From positions 6,688 through 55,748 of the forward strand of contig CAZYCI010000001.1 in the NCBI GenBank assembly GCA_964645955.1: a stretch of 49,061 nucleotides of DNA. The letters run 5' to 3'. Numbering within the stretch: position 1 is the stretch's first letter; each line of letters opens with the position of its first letter. The stretch comes from an uncultured Thermotogae bacterium (GTDB taxonomy: Bacteria > Bipolaricaulota > Bipolaricaulia > M55B111). This document shows positions 9,394 to 18,579 of this stretch, piece after piece. A model generated the notes under the pieces. The model did not search any database. It had not been told where the DNA came from and was given only the letters and a program-made list of their open reading frames with translations. The position numbers and the translations under genes were made by a program.

Positions 9394-9765
9394 GTGGGCA
9401 TCAAAGGAATTGGCCTTGACGTCGTTGCCGTGAAAAGGATAGAAGAAATGGTTGAGAACTGGGGGGAGAAGTTTTTAACCAGAGTATACACTGAAAAAGA
9501 ACTTGACTACTGTCGCCCGAAGAGAAGGAAGTACGAACACCTGGCCGGTAGGTTCGCCGCCAAGGAGTCATTCATCAAGGCCTCCGGAGAGAAGTTGCCC
9601 CTGCGTGAAGTTGAAGTGCTTTCTCTGGAGAACGGTGAACCGGCGCTAAGGCTGGCTTCGGATTCCCGAAGCCTTCGGGGTCAGGTTCATCTTTCCATAA
9701 CCCACGAGAGGTCTTATGCCCTGGCAATGTTGATAATCTCTGAAGGTAGCTCCGCTAACTCGTAG
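9394..9765 (+). CDS. acpS: Holo-[acyl-carrier-protein] synthase
   Basis: 123 aa with a GTG start after AAGGGGG. The motifs GIGLDVVAVKRIE and RFAAKESFIKA are typical of AcpS. Confidence 0.9.
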   Translation: MGIKGIGLDVVAVKRIEEMVENWGEKFLTRVYTEKELDYCRPKRRKYEHLAGRFAAKESFIKASGEKLPLREVEVLSLENGEPALRLASDSRSLRGQVHLSITHERSYALAMLIISEGSSANS

Positions 9766-9767
9766 CT

Positions 9768-10349
9768 TTAGACCTTTCGTTCCTCGCCCTTTATTAGTCT
9801 GGCAATATTACCGCGGTGCGTGAAGTAAATTAGTCCAACCAGCCCGATACTTGCCCAGAGCAAAATACCTCTTATACCGGTGAAATAAAAGACTATGGGA
9901 ACGGAGGAAATACCCGCCAGAGAACTGAGTCCTGCTATATGCCTTAGTAAAAAAAGGATCATCCAGATAATAACAAATATCAGACCGGCCGGCCAGTAAA
10001 CGAAACTAATCACGCCGAGGGATGTTGCAACTCCTTTCCCCCCGGAAAAACGGAGAAAAGGGTTAAAGATGTGACCGAGAACTGCGATAAACCCCAAAGC
10101 AACTGGCAATCCGGTTTGTTGAGCGAGAAGAGCTGCCAGAGCTCCTTTGCCTGTATCGAGAACAAGCGCAAGTCCACCGTAACCCTTCCCGCAAACCCGT
10201 GAGACATTGGAGGCTCCGGGGTTGCCGGAGCCGTGTTGTCTAATGTCGGTACCCAGTAGTACCCTGGGGATAATGTAACTGAAAGGTATAGCACCTATCA
10301 GGTAGGATGCTAGGACAATTAATGGGAATAAAGATAAATTACCGGACAT
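9768..10349 (-). CDS. plsY: Glycerol-3-phosphate acyltransferase PlsY
   Basis: 193-aa membrane protein with GSGNPGASNV, the GKG repeat region and GHIFNPFLRFSGGKGVAT. Confidence 0.9.
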   Translation of the reverse strand: MSGNLSLFPLIVLASYLIGAIPFSYIIPRVLLGTDIRQHGSGNPGASNVSRVCGKGYGGLALVLDTGKGALAALLAQQTGLPVALGFIAVLGHIFNPFLRFSGGKGVATSLGVISFVYWPAGLIFVIIWMILFLLRHIAGLSSLAGISSVPIVFYFTGIRGILLWASIGLVGLIYFTHRGNIARLIKGEERKV

Positions 10350-10358
10350 TCAGGGTTT

Positions 10359-12029
10359 TTAAAATCCCTTGTCTTCCAGGTGCTCCCGCATCGAAATCGT
10401 CTCGTGACCGCTTCCTTCGTCCTCGGAATCCCCGTCCCGTGATTCTCCGGATTCTTCCTCTTCGAGGATTCTTATCGAAAGACGGACCTGTCGTTTTTCG
10501 TCGTTGATCCCAATTATCTTTGCTTCTACTTCTTCACCGACTTCCACGACGTCCTCGGGGTCAGAAACCTTGTCCTTGGAGAGTTCAGAGACGTGAATGA
10601 GTCCTTCGACGTCACTGGTAATCTTGATGAAGGCTCCAAATTCCTTGATTTCCGATATCTCTCCTTTGACTTTGGATCCGACGGAGTAGAGGTCCTGGAA
10701 TTCGTGCCACGGGTCCTTTTGTGCCTGTTTGATGCTAAGGCTGATCCTTCTATCGCCTTTGTCAACTTCCAGTACCTGCGTATTTACGTTGTCTCCCTCG
10801 GATAGCATGTCGCTCGGGTGGTTTACGTGATCCCAGGAAAGTTCTGAAACGTGAACTAGGCCTTCGACGCCTTCCTCAAGCTGGACGAATGCGCCAAAGT
10901 CCGTCACCTTTGTTACCTTGCCGCTGACCTCAGTACCGGGTTCGTATTCTTCCTCGATCTTTTCCCAGGGATCTTTTTGTGCTTTTCTGGCGGAAAGGCT
11001 GATTCTCTGTTCCTCTTCATCTACTTCCAGAACTTCGGCCTTGACGGTCTCCCCGACTTCTATGACCTCATGAGGGTCTTCTGGGTAACCCCAGGAAAGT
11101 TCGGAAATGTGGATGAGTCCTTCGACGTCCTCTTCCAGTTCGACGAAGGCACCGAAGTCAGTGATTGAAACGACTTCTCCTTCGACCGTCTTTCCTACGG
11201 GGTAACGTTCAGATACGCCTTCCCACGGATTCGGTGTCAGGCGTTTTATCGAAAGGGATATCTTTTCTTCGTCACGGTCCATGTCGATGACCTTTACCTC
11301 AACCGTATCCCCTTCTTCGTATTCGTCCGGGGGAGCGGGTAGGTCCTTCCAGCTGATTTCGGACCGGTGAACGAGACCTTCAAATCCGCCTATATCCACG
11401 AACAGACCAAAGTCAACTTTCGACTTTATTTCCCCTTCGACGGTGTCTCCGACTTCCAGTTCGTCGAATATTTCGTCTATTTGCTTTTCCCTTTCCTCGC
11501 TCAGGTATTCCCTTCGGGAGACGACGATGTTCCGGTTCTTTCGACTCAGTTCCAGGATCTTGAATTTGAGCTCTTCTCCTTTGAGTTCGGAAATAACGCT
11601 CGGCATGTCCGAACCGAGATGGGAACCCGGAAGGAAAGCCTGAATGCCATCCACGTTTACGTGGTAACCGGCGCTCTTGACCTCTTCGGTTATGGTACCG
11701 GTTATTGTTTCGTCTTTTTTGAACGCTTCTTCTAGCTCACCGATTTTCCTTTCGTAAGCGGCCTGCTTTTCCGAAACGTAAACCGTGCCCTTTTCCTCGT
11801 CTATGTAAGTAACGAGTACTTCGACCTCTTCTCCCGGCTCGATTTCTTCCCTTTCTCGGAAAGGGGAGAGTTCAGTCTTTGGGAGAATGCCCTCTGACTT
11901 ATAGCCTATATCGACCAGAATATCCTTGTCTTCCACCTGTACGACGCTTCCAGTTATCGTGTCGCCCCGACTGTATGTTCTAACATCAGTTTCGTCAAAA
12001 GCTTCTTCCATCTTGATTTTCTCTTCCAT
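10359..12029 (-). CDS. rpsA: 30S ribosomal protein S1 (six S1/OB repeats)
   Basis: Six repeats of the G..V.G.V..I..FGAFV....EGL.H.SE pattern. The track start (TTG 12062) is probably too long. ATG 12029 (MEEKIKMEE) sits 7 nt downstream of a perfect AGGTGG. There is an acidic C-terminal tail. Confidence 0.9.
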   Translation of the reverse strand: MEEKIKMEEAFDETDVRTYSRGDTITGSVVQVEDKDILVDIGYKSEGILPKTELSPFREREEIEPGEEVEVLVTYIDEEKGTVYVSEKQAAYERKIGELEEAFKKDETITGTITEEVKSAGYHVNVDGIQAFLPGSHLGSDMPSVISELKGEELKFKILELSRKNRNIVVSRREYLSEEREKQIDEIFDELEVGDTVEGEIKSKVDFGLFVDIGGFEGLVHRSEISWKDLPAPPDEYEEGDTVEVKVIDMDRDEEKISLSIKRLTPNPWEGVSERYPVGKTVEGEVVSITDFGAFVELEEDVEGLIHISELSWGYPEDPHEVIEVGETVKAEVLEVDEEEQRISLSARKAQKDPWEKIEEEYEPGTEVSGKVTKVTDFGAFVQLEEGVEGLVHVSELSWDHVNHPSDMLSEGDNVNTQVLEVDKGDRRISLSIKQAQKDPWHEFQDLYSVGSKVKGEISEIKEFGAFIKITSDVEGLIHVSELSKDKVSDPEDVVEVGEEVEAKIIGINDEKRQVRLSIRILEEEESGESRDGDSEDEGSGHETISMREHLEDKGF

Positions 12030-12114
12030 CAAACGACCACCTGTTGATTTAGTTTTTGACAAATCCGACTCGACTTAAATTAATTGATCTACCGACTTTG
12101 CCATAAGTTACAAT

Positions 12115-12143
12115 ATGATAACCTTTTTTGCTCTTTGAATCAA
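12115..12143 (-). promoter_or_regulatory. Putative sigma70 promoter for rpsA (TTGATT-17-TATCAT)
   Basis: The reverse complement reads TTGATT caaagagcaaaaaaggt TATCAT, about 85 nt upstream of the proposed rpsA ATG. Confidence 0.5.
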
Positions 12144-12200
12144 CAGCCAAAATGAGATAAAATTGGTTTTCTAGTAGGTTTAGGATCTTTTCGGTGGCCG

Positions 12201-12851
12201 TCAGAGTTCGTTGATCTTTTCCATCAAGACAAGGGTCAGGTCCTGGTAATCCGGCTCCTTGTCGCTATTCGGCTTTAATTCGTTTGATTCCCGGGCTGCG
12301 TGCTTGAGTTCCTGAAGTTCCAGCGGTCTCCCGATTACCAGCCTGGCGGGAGTAGAGAAGAACGGATATTCCAGCGGGCTCCTTTCTATTTCTATTTTTA
12401 CCGGTAAAAATCTTCTGTTAGTTCTTTCGGCCAGCCTTACTGTACCGCTTTTCGGAGGCGAACCCTCGGAAGTTGTGCCTTCCGGAAAAATGCAGAGCAA
12501 CCCTTCTTTCTTGAAGGCAGTAAGCATTTTCTTCAGGTCTTCCTTGCCGAAGTTGTCCCTATCTATAGTGGTTGAATACCATCTAACAGGGAATTTAAAC
12601 ACCGGATTGCTCAATAGTCCCTTTCGTGCGATAAAGTGGACCTGGGGAGTGGGGCCAAAGATAAGGCCGATCAAAGGAGGGTCCCAGTAACTGGTGTGAG
12701 ATGAAGTAATCAGTACGTCATCGACCTCTTCCGGGATGTTCGACTCCCCTTCGATTTTCAAGTTAAAAAAGATCTTTACCGCAAGATAAACCACCAGAAG
12801 AATGAATAAGTAAGCCAGTCGATGTAATGCTTTTGTTATTTTTTCTTTCAT
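12201..12851 (-). CDS. plsC: 1-acyl-sn-glycerol-3-phosphate acyltransferase (LPLAT/AGPAT family)
   Basis: 216 aa with an N-terminal TM helix. It has the HX4D catalytic motif (SSHTSYWDP) and the FPEGTTS block. Confidence 0.8.
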   Translation of the reverse strand: MKEKITKALHRLAYLFILLVVYLAVKIFFNLKIEGESNIPEEVDDVLITSSHTSYWDPPLIGLIFGPTPQVHFIARKGLLSNPVFKFPVRWYSTTIDRDNFGKEDLKKMLTAFKKEGLLCIFPEGTTSEGSPPKSGTVRLAERTNRRFLPVKIEIERSPLEYPFFSTPARLVIGRPLELQELKHAARESNELKPNSDKEPDYQDLTLVLMEKINEL

Positions 12852-12859
12852 CTCTACGA

Positions 12860-13480
12860 TTATCGTCCTCGGATGAGTTCAACCATTTTGGCTACCTGCT
12901 CTACAACTTCATCCCGGGAAAGGTTTGTCGTATCAATTATTTCCGCGTCTTCCGCCGGTTTCAAAGGAGCAACTTCCCTTTTCTCGTCCCGATCGTCGCG
13001 CTTGACGATACCTGCTTCTATCTCCTCTAGGTCCTTATCCGATCCAAGTTGCTTTTTTCTCCTCTTTGCACGCTCACGGGCGGAAGCGGTCAGGAAAACC
13101 TTTAATTCCGCATCCGGGAGGACTTCAGTCCCAATGTCTCTACCCTCTACCAGGACGTCCCTTCCACTGGCAGTCTCTAAAATAACTTCGTTAACCAGCT
13201 CTCGTACCTCCGGTTTTTTTGCAAGCTTTGAGGCTTCTTCGCCGATTTCCTCCGAATCGAGTTCCTCGGTAAGCCTCTCCCCGCCTAGCAGCGGTATAGC
13301 TTCTACTTTTTCTTCCTTTTTAAGGAATAGGTTTTCGTAATCAAGCGAGTTGAGCTTGCCGTAGGCAACGGCCCGGTAAAGCTGTCCTGATTGAATGAAG
13401 ACGAATGAAAACTGCTTGGCAACGGCCCTGCCAACGCTCGTCTTCCCTACGCCCGCCGGTCCGTCGATCGTTACTTGCAT
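12860..13480 (-). CDS. cmk: Cytidylate kinase
   Basis: 206 aa. Motifs are the P-loop IDGPAGVGKTS, QSGQLYRAVA, VEGRDIGT and the KRR basic block. Confidence 0.9.
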   Translation of the reverse strand: MQVTIDGPAGVGKTSVGRAVAKQFSFVFIQSGQLYRAVAYGKLNSLDYENLFLKKEEKVEAIPLLGGERLTEELDSEEIGEEASKLAKKPEVRELVNEVILETASGRDVLVEGRDIGTEVLPDAELKVFLTASARERAKRRKKQLGSDKDLEEIEAGIVKRDDRDEKREVAPLKPAEDAEIIDTTNLSRDEVVEQVAKMVELIRGR

Positions 13481-13482
13481 GT

Positions 13483-14379
13483 TTATTCACCTTGAGTAAT
13501 TATCTGGCCGCTTCCGGTCGGCCGGGTAATTTCCAGTTGCTGGTTACCGGACATAGCCTCTAACTCCTCCGTAATTTCCGCTTCGATTTCCTTGCGTTGG
13601 ACCCCGGGTTTCGTTACCCCAAAAACCGAACTTCCACTCCCGGAAACCCCGAAATTACTGATTGCTTTCGTCTCCTCGAGAACGCTCAGATAGTTTGCCA
13701 GGTCCGGGTTAAGCTGGATGGCCGGCTTCTGGAGGTCGTTCCTTACCTGACGTCCTTTCCGCTCCGAGCCGGCAACGGTGTTTGCTCCCCCGGAATTCGA
13801 TCCTGACACCGGATGGTCAGTTATTTCGTCGTATTTGGCGTAGACCTCCTTCGTGAGCTGGGAAAAGGATGGCGTAATAATCGGGACGAGTCTATTGCTA
13901 TAAGGGTTCTCCAGCTGATTAATATCGTTTCCCGTTCCCCTGCCGACGCAGTACCCACCGTAAAAAAAGAAAGGAATGTCCGCTCCAAAATCGCTCCCTA
14001 TGTTTGCGAGTTGCTTCCTCGTAAGGTCGCAGTTCCAGAGGTGATTCAACCCAATCAGGGTGGTAGCTGCATCCGAGCTTCCGCCTCCCAGCCCGCCTCC
14101 TATCGGTATACCCTTGTTAAGCGTGATTTCTACCCCGGTATCCGGATCACAGATTTCTTTCAATCTTTTTGCGACTTTGAAACAGAGGTTGTCTTCGAGA
14201 GGGATTTCCGCGTCCGTCACGATCCTTACGGAGCCTTCTCTTGTTTCAGATAATACGAGCTTATCCGCCAGGTTCACGCTCAGGTAACTGACCTCCAGCT
14301 CGTGGTAACCGTTTTCCTTGAGTCCCGTAATTTTTAAGTAAGGGTTGACTTTCGCAAAGGCCTTTGCAAATAACTTCAA
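13483..14379 (-). CDS. ispE: 4-diphosphocytidyl-2-C-methyl-D-erythritol kinase
   Basis: 298 aa. It has AKVNPYLKITG at the N-terminus and the GHMP kinase motif IPIGGGLGGGSSDAA. The start is TTG, with SD AGGAG 9 nt upstream. Confidence 0.9.
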   Translation of the reverse strand: MKLFAKAFAKVNPYLKITGLKENGYHELEVSYLSVNLADKLVLSETREGSVRIVTDAEIPLEDNLCFKVAKRLKEICDPDTGVEITLNKGIPIGGGLGGGSSDAATTLIGLNHLWNCDLTRKQLANIGSDFGADIPFFFYGGYCVGRGTGNDINQLENPYSNRLVPIITPSFSQLTKEVYAKYDEITDHPVSGSNSGGANTVAGSERKGRQVRNDLQKPAIQLNPDLANYLSVLEETKAISNFGVSGSGSSVFGVTKPGVQRKEIEAEITEELEAMSGNQQLEITRPTGSGQIITQGE

Positions 14380-14435
14380 TGTTGTTTGCTCCTGGGTCTT
14401 ACCCTGGTTTTCTAACTTCTTTATTCGTAAAAACC

Positions 14436-14464
14436 ATTATACCTGGCGAATAATTACACGACAA
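14436..14464 (-). promoter_or_regulatory. Putative sigma70 promoter for ispE-cmk-plsC (TTGTCG-17-TATAAT)
   Basis: The reverse complement reads TTGTCG tgtaattattcgccagg TATAAT, about 55 nt upstream of the ispE start. Confidence 0.55.
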
Positions 14465-14530
14465 GATCCTCCCGGGTATGGAAAGCTGGAAGATACCTTT
14501 GGCCTTAATTATAATATCGGATGGAGGTAG

Positions 14531-15430
14531 TTGATTACTTTGAAATCAGGTTTTGTCCATTTACTGGGAAAGTCGAACGTGGGGAAGTCAACGTTTATTA
14601 ACCGAGTGATTGGGGAAAAAGTCTCCATTACTTCCGATAAACCTCAGACGACCAGAAACCGGGTTAAGTGTATTTACAACAGGGACGATGCCCAGGTGGT
14701 GTTTCTGGATACTCCCGGCGTGCACAAACCCGAAAATTCGCTGGGGGATTATTTAGTCGACGAGGCCAGGAAAGGAGTAAAGGGTTCGGATCTTCTACTA
14801 TACATGGTTGAGCCCTGGGGAGAAGTTCCTGGAGAAGAAAAACCCTATCTGAAGAGGATATCGGGTCAGGACGAGACGGCGATCCTGCTCGTTAACAAGG
14901 TTGATATCCATTCCCCCGACGAAATCGCGAAAACGCTAGAAGCTTACGAGAAAGAGGACGTTTTCGAGGAGTACGTACCAATTTCCGCCCTGACGGGAGA
15001 TGGGGTGGATATCGCTCTGGAAGAAATCTTGAGCTATCTGCCGGAGGGGAGAAAACTATTTCCCGAAGACACCACTACCGATAAACCTCTCAGCTTTTTG
15101 ATGTCGGAAATCGTCCGCGAGAAGGTCTACGAACTGACTTACGAAGAATTACCTTATTCGGTGGAAACGAGGACCAAGTCCTATGAGGAGAGAGATGACA
15201 AGGATTTGGTTGAAGTCTACGTGGACATTTTCGTCGTGAGGGGGTCACAAAAAGGGATAATAATCGGTCAGGACGGTGAAAAGATAAAACGGATCGGTCA
15301 AAGGGCCAGAGAAGACCTGGAAAGGCTTCTGGGAAATCAGGTTTATCTCGACTTGAAGGTCAAGGTAGCAAAGAACTGGAATAGGGACCAGGATTCGGTC
15401 GAATCCCTGACGGGTTTTGACGACGATTGA
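14531..15430 (+). CDS. era: GTPase Era
   Basis: 299 aa. G motifs are G1 GKSNVGKST, G3 DTPG and G4 NKVD. A C-terminal KH domain is present (GIIIGQDGEKIKRIG). The start is TTG 14531 (or TTG 14540) after GGAGG. A perfect TATAAT lies at 14510-14515, but its -35 is weak. Confidence 0.93.
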   Translation: MITLKSGFVHLLGKSNVGKSTFINRVIGEKVSITSDKPQTTRNRVKCIYNRDDAQVVFLDTPGVHKPENSLGDYLVDEARKGVKGSDLLLYMVEPWGEVPGEEKPYLKRISGQDETAILLVNKVDIHSPDEIAKTLEAYEKEDVFEEYVPISALTGDGVDIALEEILSYLPEGRKLFPEDTTTDKPLSFLMSEIVREKVYELTYEELPYSVETRTKSYEERDDKDLVEVYVDIFVVRGSQKGIIIGQDGEKIKRIGQRAREDLERLLGNQVYLDLKVKVAKNWNRDQDSVESLTGFDDD

Positions 15431-15450
15431 ACTAGAAAAAGGAGGTCAGA

Positions 15451-16125
15451 ATGGAAGCTTCCAGGCTGGCAAAAAAAATTGATCATACGACTCTTGGAGC
15501 TACTTCAACCGAAGAGGACGTCCGGCGCGTATGCGGTGAGGCGAAGGAGTACGGATTTGCCTCCGTCTGCGTGGAACCGATATACGTGCCTCTCGCCTCC
15601 GAACTTCTGGAAGGGAGCGAAGTTCTTGTCGATACCGTCGTTGGTTTCCCTCATGGCACTCATAAGAAAGGTGTAAAGGGTTTTGAAGCTCAAGTAGCCG
15701 TGGAGGACGGGGCCGACGAGCTGGATATGGTTGCAAATATTCCCGCCTTAAAGGAGGGGAATTACGAACAAGTTGCCAGGGATATCATGGCGGTGACGGA
15801 CGTTGCCGAGAAAAGTACCAGGGATGTAGCTGTAAAAGTCATACTTGAGACCTCGGAACTGGAGGAGGACGAGAAACGGGCCGGTTGCATCATAGCTGAA
15901 GCAAGCGGGGCCGATTTCGTCAAGACGTCCACCGGCTTTGGTTCCGGTGGGGCGACGATAGAGGACGTGAAGCTAATGAGTCAGGTCGTGTCGGAAAGGA
16001 TGGGGGTAAAAGCAGCAGGGGGAATCGGCGACTACGAAGCCGCGATTGAAATGCTGGATGCCGGTGCAACCAGAATTGGGGCAAGCAGCGGGATCGAGAT
16101 AGTAGAAGGGGCCCCTGACGGTTAA
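15451..16125 (+). CDS. deoC: Deoxyribose-phosphate aldolase
   Basis: 224 aa. Motifs are IDHTTL, VGFPHG, KVILET and the Schiff-base lysine block DFVKTSTGF. Confidence 0.9.
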   Translation: MEASRLAKKIDHTTLGATSTEEDVRRVCGEAKEYGFASVCVEPIYVPLASELLEGSEVLVDTVVGFPHGTHKKGVKGFEAQVAVEDGADELDMVANIPALKEGNYEQVARDIMAVTDVAEKSTRDVAVKVILETSELEEDEKRAGCIIAEASGADFVKTSTGFGSGGATIEDVKLMSQVVSERMGVKAAGGIGDYEAAIEMLDAGATRIGASSGIEIVEGAPDG

Positions 16126-16145
16126 ATCGGGGTTGCCCGTCAGGT

Positions 16146-16892
16146 ATGGCTATAGAAAGGGTCAGGGCCCTTGTGCTCAAGAAAATAGATTTCAAGGATA
16201 GTGACTACATCGTAACTCTATTTGGCCGTGAAACGGGTAAATTCGCCGGTATAGCTAAAGGAGCACGAAAGGCCGAAAGCAAATTCGGCGGAGTCTTTGA
16301 CCTGCTCAATTATTCCGAAGTCGTTTACTACCAGGGTTCGGGACTTAGTTTTCTTAGCGAAGCCGAGCTCGTCAATTCCTGGGAAGGTTTAAGAACTGAT
16401 CCCGAGGCCATTAATGCCGGTCTCCGAAGTGCACGAACGGTAGATAAGACAATCGAAGAAGGCGGGGTAGAAAGGGCCGTTTTCGATCTTTTCCGGACCA
16501 CCTTGGTTTCCCTTAACGCCGATCAAGAAAAGGTGAGGGTGCTCGAACTAGGATTTTACTTAAAGCTATTCCGGTTTATGGGATACGGCCCCGAACTCAA
16601 GAGATGCATTAAATGCGGCAGGCGGCTGGAAGAGGAAAGTTTCAGTAGGTTTTCACCCGAAAGCGGGGGCGTCATTTGTGCCGATTGCGGGGATAATCAG
16701 GGAATGGAGATATCCGGCGGATTGAGAAAAAAACTTCTGAGGCTTCGATCCCTGCCACAGGCACAGGTGAGGCGGCTAAAGGTTTCGGAGAGTCAATTAA
16801 AGAGGAGTTTTACGCTGCTTGGCAGGTTTGGCAGGTATCATTTCGACCGGGCACTGGTTCCAAAGGACTTAATGAGTGGGGAGTATCTTTAG
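16146..16892 (+). CDS. recO: DNA repair protein RecO
   Basis: 248 aa. It has an N-terminal OB fold (RALVLKKIDFKDSDYIVTLF) and the zinc motif CIKCG...CADCG. Its position downstream of era is classical synteny. Confidence 0.85.
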   Translation: MAIERVRALVLKKIDFKDSDYIVTLFGRETGKFAGIAKGARKAESKFGGVFDLLNYSEVVYYQGSGLSFLSEAELVNSWEGLRTDPEAINAGLRSARTVDKTIEEGGVERAVFDLFRTTLVSLNADQEKVRVLELGFYLKLFRFMGYGPELKRCIKCGRRLEEESFSRFSPESGGVICADCGDNQGMEISGGLRKKLLRLRSLPQAQVRRLKVSESQLKRSFTLLGRFGRYHFDRALVPKDLMSGEYL

Positions 16893-16973
16893 GGCCAATT
16901 CGGCAGTTTGTTCCGTGCCATTTTGAATTAGCGAATTTGATGAGTTACTATAATTCTACCGTAGGTGAGTCAA

Positions 16974-17501
16974 ATGAAAGTTAGAATAGAAGAAAGACAT
17001 ATGGAACAAAGCGATCCTTTGAGGGATTATGCAATTACCAAGGCGGAGGACCTGCAAAGATTCTTCGACGGTATAATAAGCGTAGAGATCACGATGGACG
17101 TCGAAAAGGAAAGAAGGTCCGTTACCGTATTTGCTCACTTAATCAATAAAAAAGTAGTAAAAGCATCCGCCGAGTCCGACGATATGTACGTGTCGATAGA
17201 TAGTGCAATGGACAAAGTTGAAAGACAGCTGAAAAAGTACAACGAAAAATTAAAGGATAAACACCGGGGAGAAGTAGACCTGAACGAGGAGGAAGAGAAC
17301 GAAACAGAAGACGATAACGAAAGAGAGATAGTCAAAACCGATCTCTACGTCAAAAAACCGATGGCACCGGATGAAGCGGCGATGCAGCTCGACTCTTATA
17401 AACAGGAATTTCTGGTTTTTCAAAATTCTCGAAACGATAAGTTAAATATCATTTATCACCGAGACGACGGTCAGTACGGGTTGATTGATCCACAGGTTTA
17501 A
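16974..17501 (+). CDS. hpf: Ribosome hibernation promoting factor (long HPF)
   Basis: The track start GTG 16965 lies inside the SD (TAGGTGAG), so ATG 16974 (MKVRIEERHME) is more likely. It has an S30AE N-domain, an acidic linker and the C-terminal dimerisation domain (PMAPDEAAMQL...FLVFQN...NIIYHRDDGQYGLI). Confidence 0.9.
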   Translation: MKVRIEERHMEQSDPLRDYAITKAEDLQRFFDGIISVEITMDVEKERRSVTVFAHLINKKVVKASAESDDMYVSIDSAMDKVERQLKKYNEKLKDKHRGEVDLNEEEENETEDDNEREIVKTDLYVKKPMAPDEAAMQLDSYKQEFLVFQNSRNDKLNIIYHRDDGQYGLIDPQV

Positions 17502-17552
17502 TTTTTGCTTTAATATAATTTCTGTCTTCTCCTACTGATAGGGGCAAAGCTT

Positions 17553-18554
17553 ATGGCAGAGGCCGTATCTCTCTATTCTGGCAGCCTTGCCAGCTCCGTT
17601 TCAACTGAACTGGCCGTAAATTACGGTGACCTGGACCGGGTCGTAATACTTACTCTTCGTTCTCCCTTTTTCGTTGGATTTGACCGAATTAAGAGGATTG
17701 CTGAGAGGCTTTGGCCGGATAGCAGATTCAGAAGCAAATCGATCAAAAAAGAAACTGATCGGATAGGCGCTTTCGACGGCAGCAGCGAGAACGGGAGTGG
17801 CTCTTACTGTGATAGGTGCCAGGAGATATTGCTTGAAACCGGACGAGATTTTGTTTCTCAGGTAGGGGCCGATTTTCTGATTTCGGGGGAAGCAACTGAT
17901 GCGAGATCCGAGCAAATCCTGGAGGTCGATAGAGAGATCGGCCTGGAGGGGTTGGTTTTCCGTCCGCTGTCCTCGCAGGAACTTCCGGATTCCCTTCCCA
18001 AAATAAAGAATTTGGTCCCCGGTGGAAGGGAGTTGGCACCTGGCAGGAGAAAGGAAATTAAGGAGGACCTGAAAGGCAGGCTCGAGGGCGAAGAACTAGA
18101 GTTCCTCCCTGCAGAAGAGAGGTGCAAGTTAACTCGTTCCCGGTACAGAAAAAGGTTAAAAGACCTATTACGAGAGGATAGCTTCAACGTCAACGATTTG
18201 AACCTGCTGGATTTCGAAGATTATTATAAGATTCCGCCCGATACCAAGGTAGTTCTGGGGCGGGGATCGGAAGGAAAACGGAAGCTTCATAACTATTTCC
18301 TTCCAAAGGATTTGAGGTTCTACCTCCCAACCCGAGAGGGGCCGATGGCTCTGGTGAGATCTGACTGGAAGAGTAGACCGGAAAAGCAGCTGGGCGAAAT
18401 AGTTAAGCTGGCTGCACGGATAACTGCAGGAAGGGGAACGGCCAGCGAAAAGGATAAGGTTGACGTGAATTACAGGTTCGAGCACGATAACGAAACTTAC
18501 AGTATACAGGTGACCCCGCTTGAAGGGGATCGTTTAAAGGATTTCAGGTTGTGA
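17553..18554 (+). CDS. PP-loop ATP-pyrophosphatase superfamily-like protein (MnmA/ThiI-related uncharacterised family) with a degenerate PP-loop
   Basis: The 333-aa layout resembles the family with SGGxDS...NPCxxC...GADF..TGE...LRPLS...GGCLLTD...GRxxxEN...GP. Here the matching blocks are SLYSGSLAS, YCDRCQ, GADFLISGE, FRPLSS, CKLTRS, LGRGSEG and GPMALV. The assignment is from memory of the motif order, not from a search. Confidence 0.4.
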   Translation: MAEAVSLYSGSLASSVSTELAVNYGDLDRVVILTLRSPFFVGFDRIKRIAERLWPDSRFRSKSIKKETDRIGAFDGSSENGSGSYCDRCQEILLETGRDFVSQVGADFLISGEATDARSEQILEVDREIGLEGLVFRPLSSQELPDSLPKIKNLVPGGRELAPGRRKEIKEDLKGRLEGEELEFLPAEERCKLTRSRYRKRLKDLLREDSFNVNDLNLLDFEDYYKIPPDTKVVLGRGSEGKRKLHNYFLPKDLRFYLPTREGPMALVRSDWKSRPEKQLGEIVKLAARITAGRGTASEKDKVDVNYRFEHDNETYSIQVTPLEGDRLKDFRL

Positions 18555-18579
18555 TTACCAAATTTTGCGAGAGAAACGG

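Noticed and set aside
16923-16954. A TTGAAT ... TATAAT pair upstream of hpf as a promoter.
   Set aside because: The spacer is 20 nt, which is too long for a standard sigma70 promoter, and there is no TGn extension. The TATAAT at 16949-16954 may still act with another factor, but I cannot support the call.
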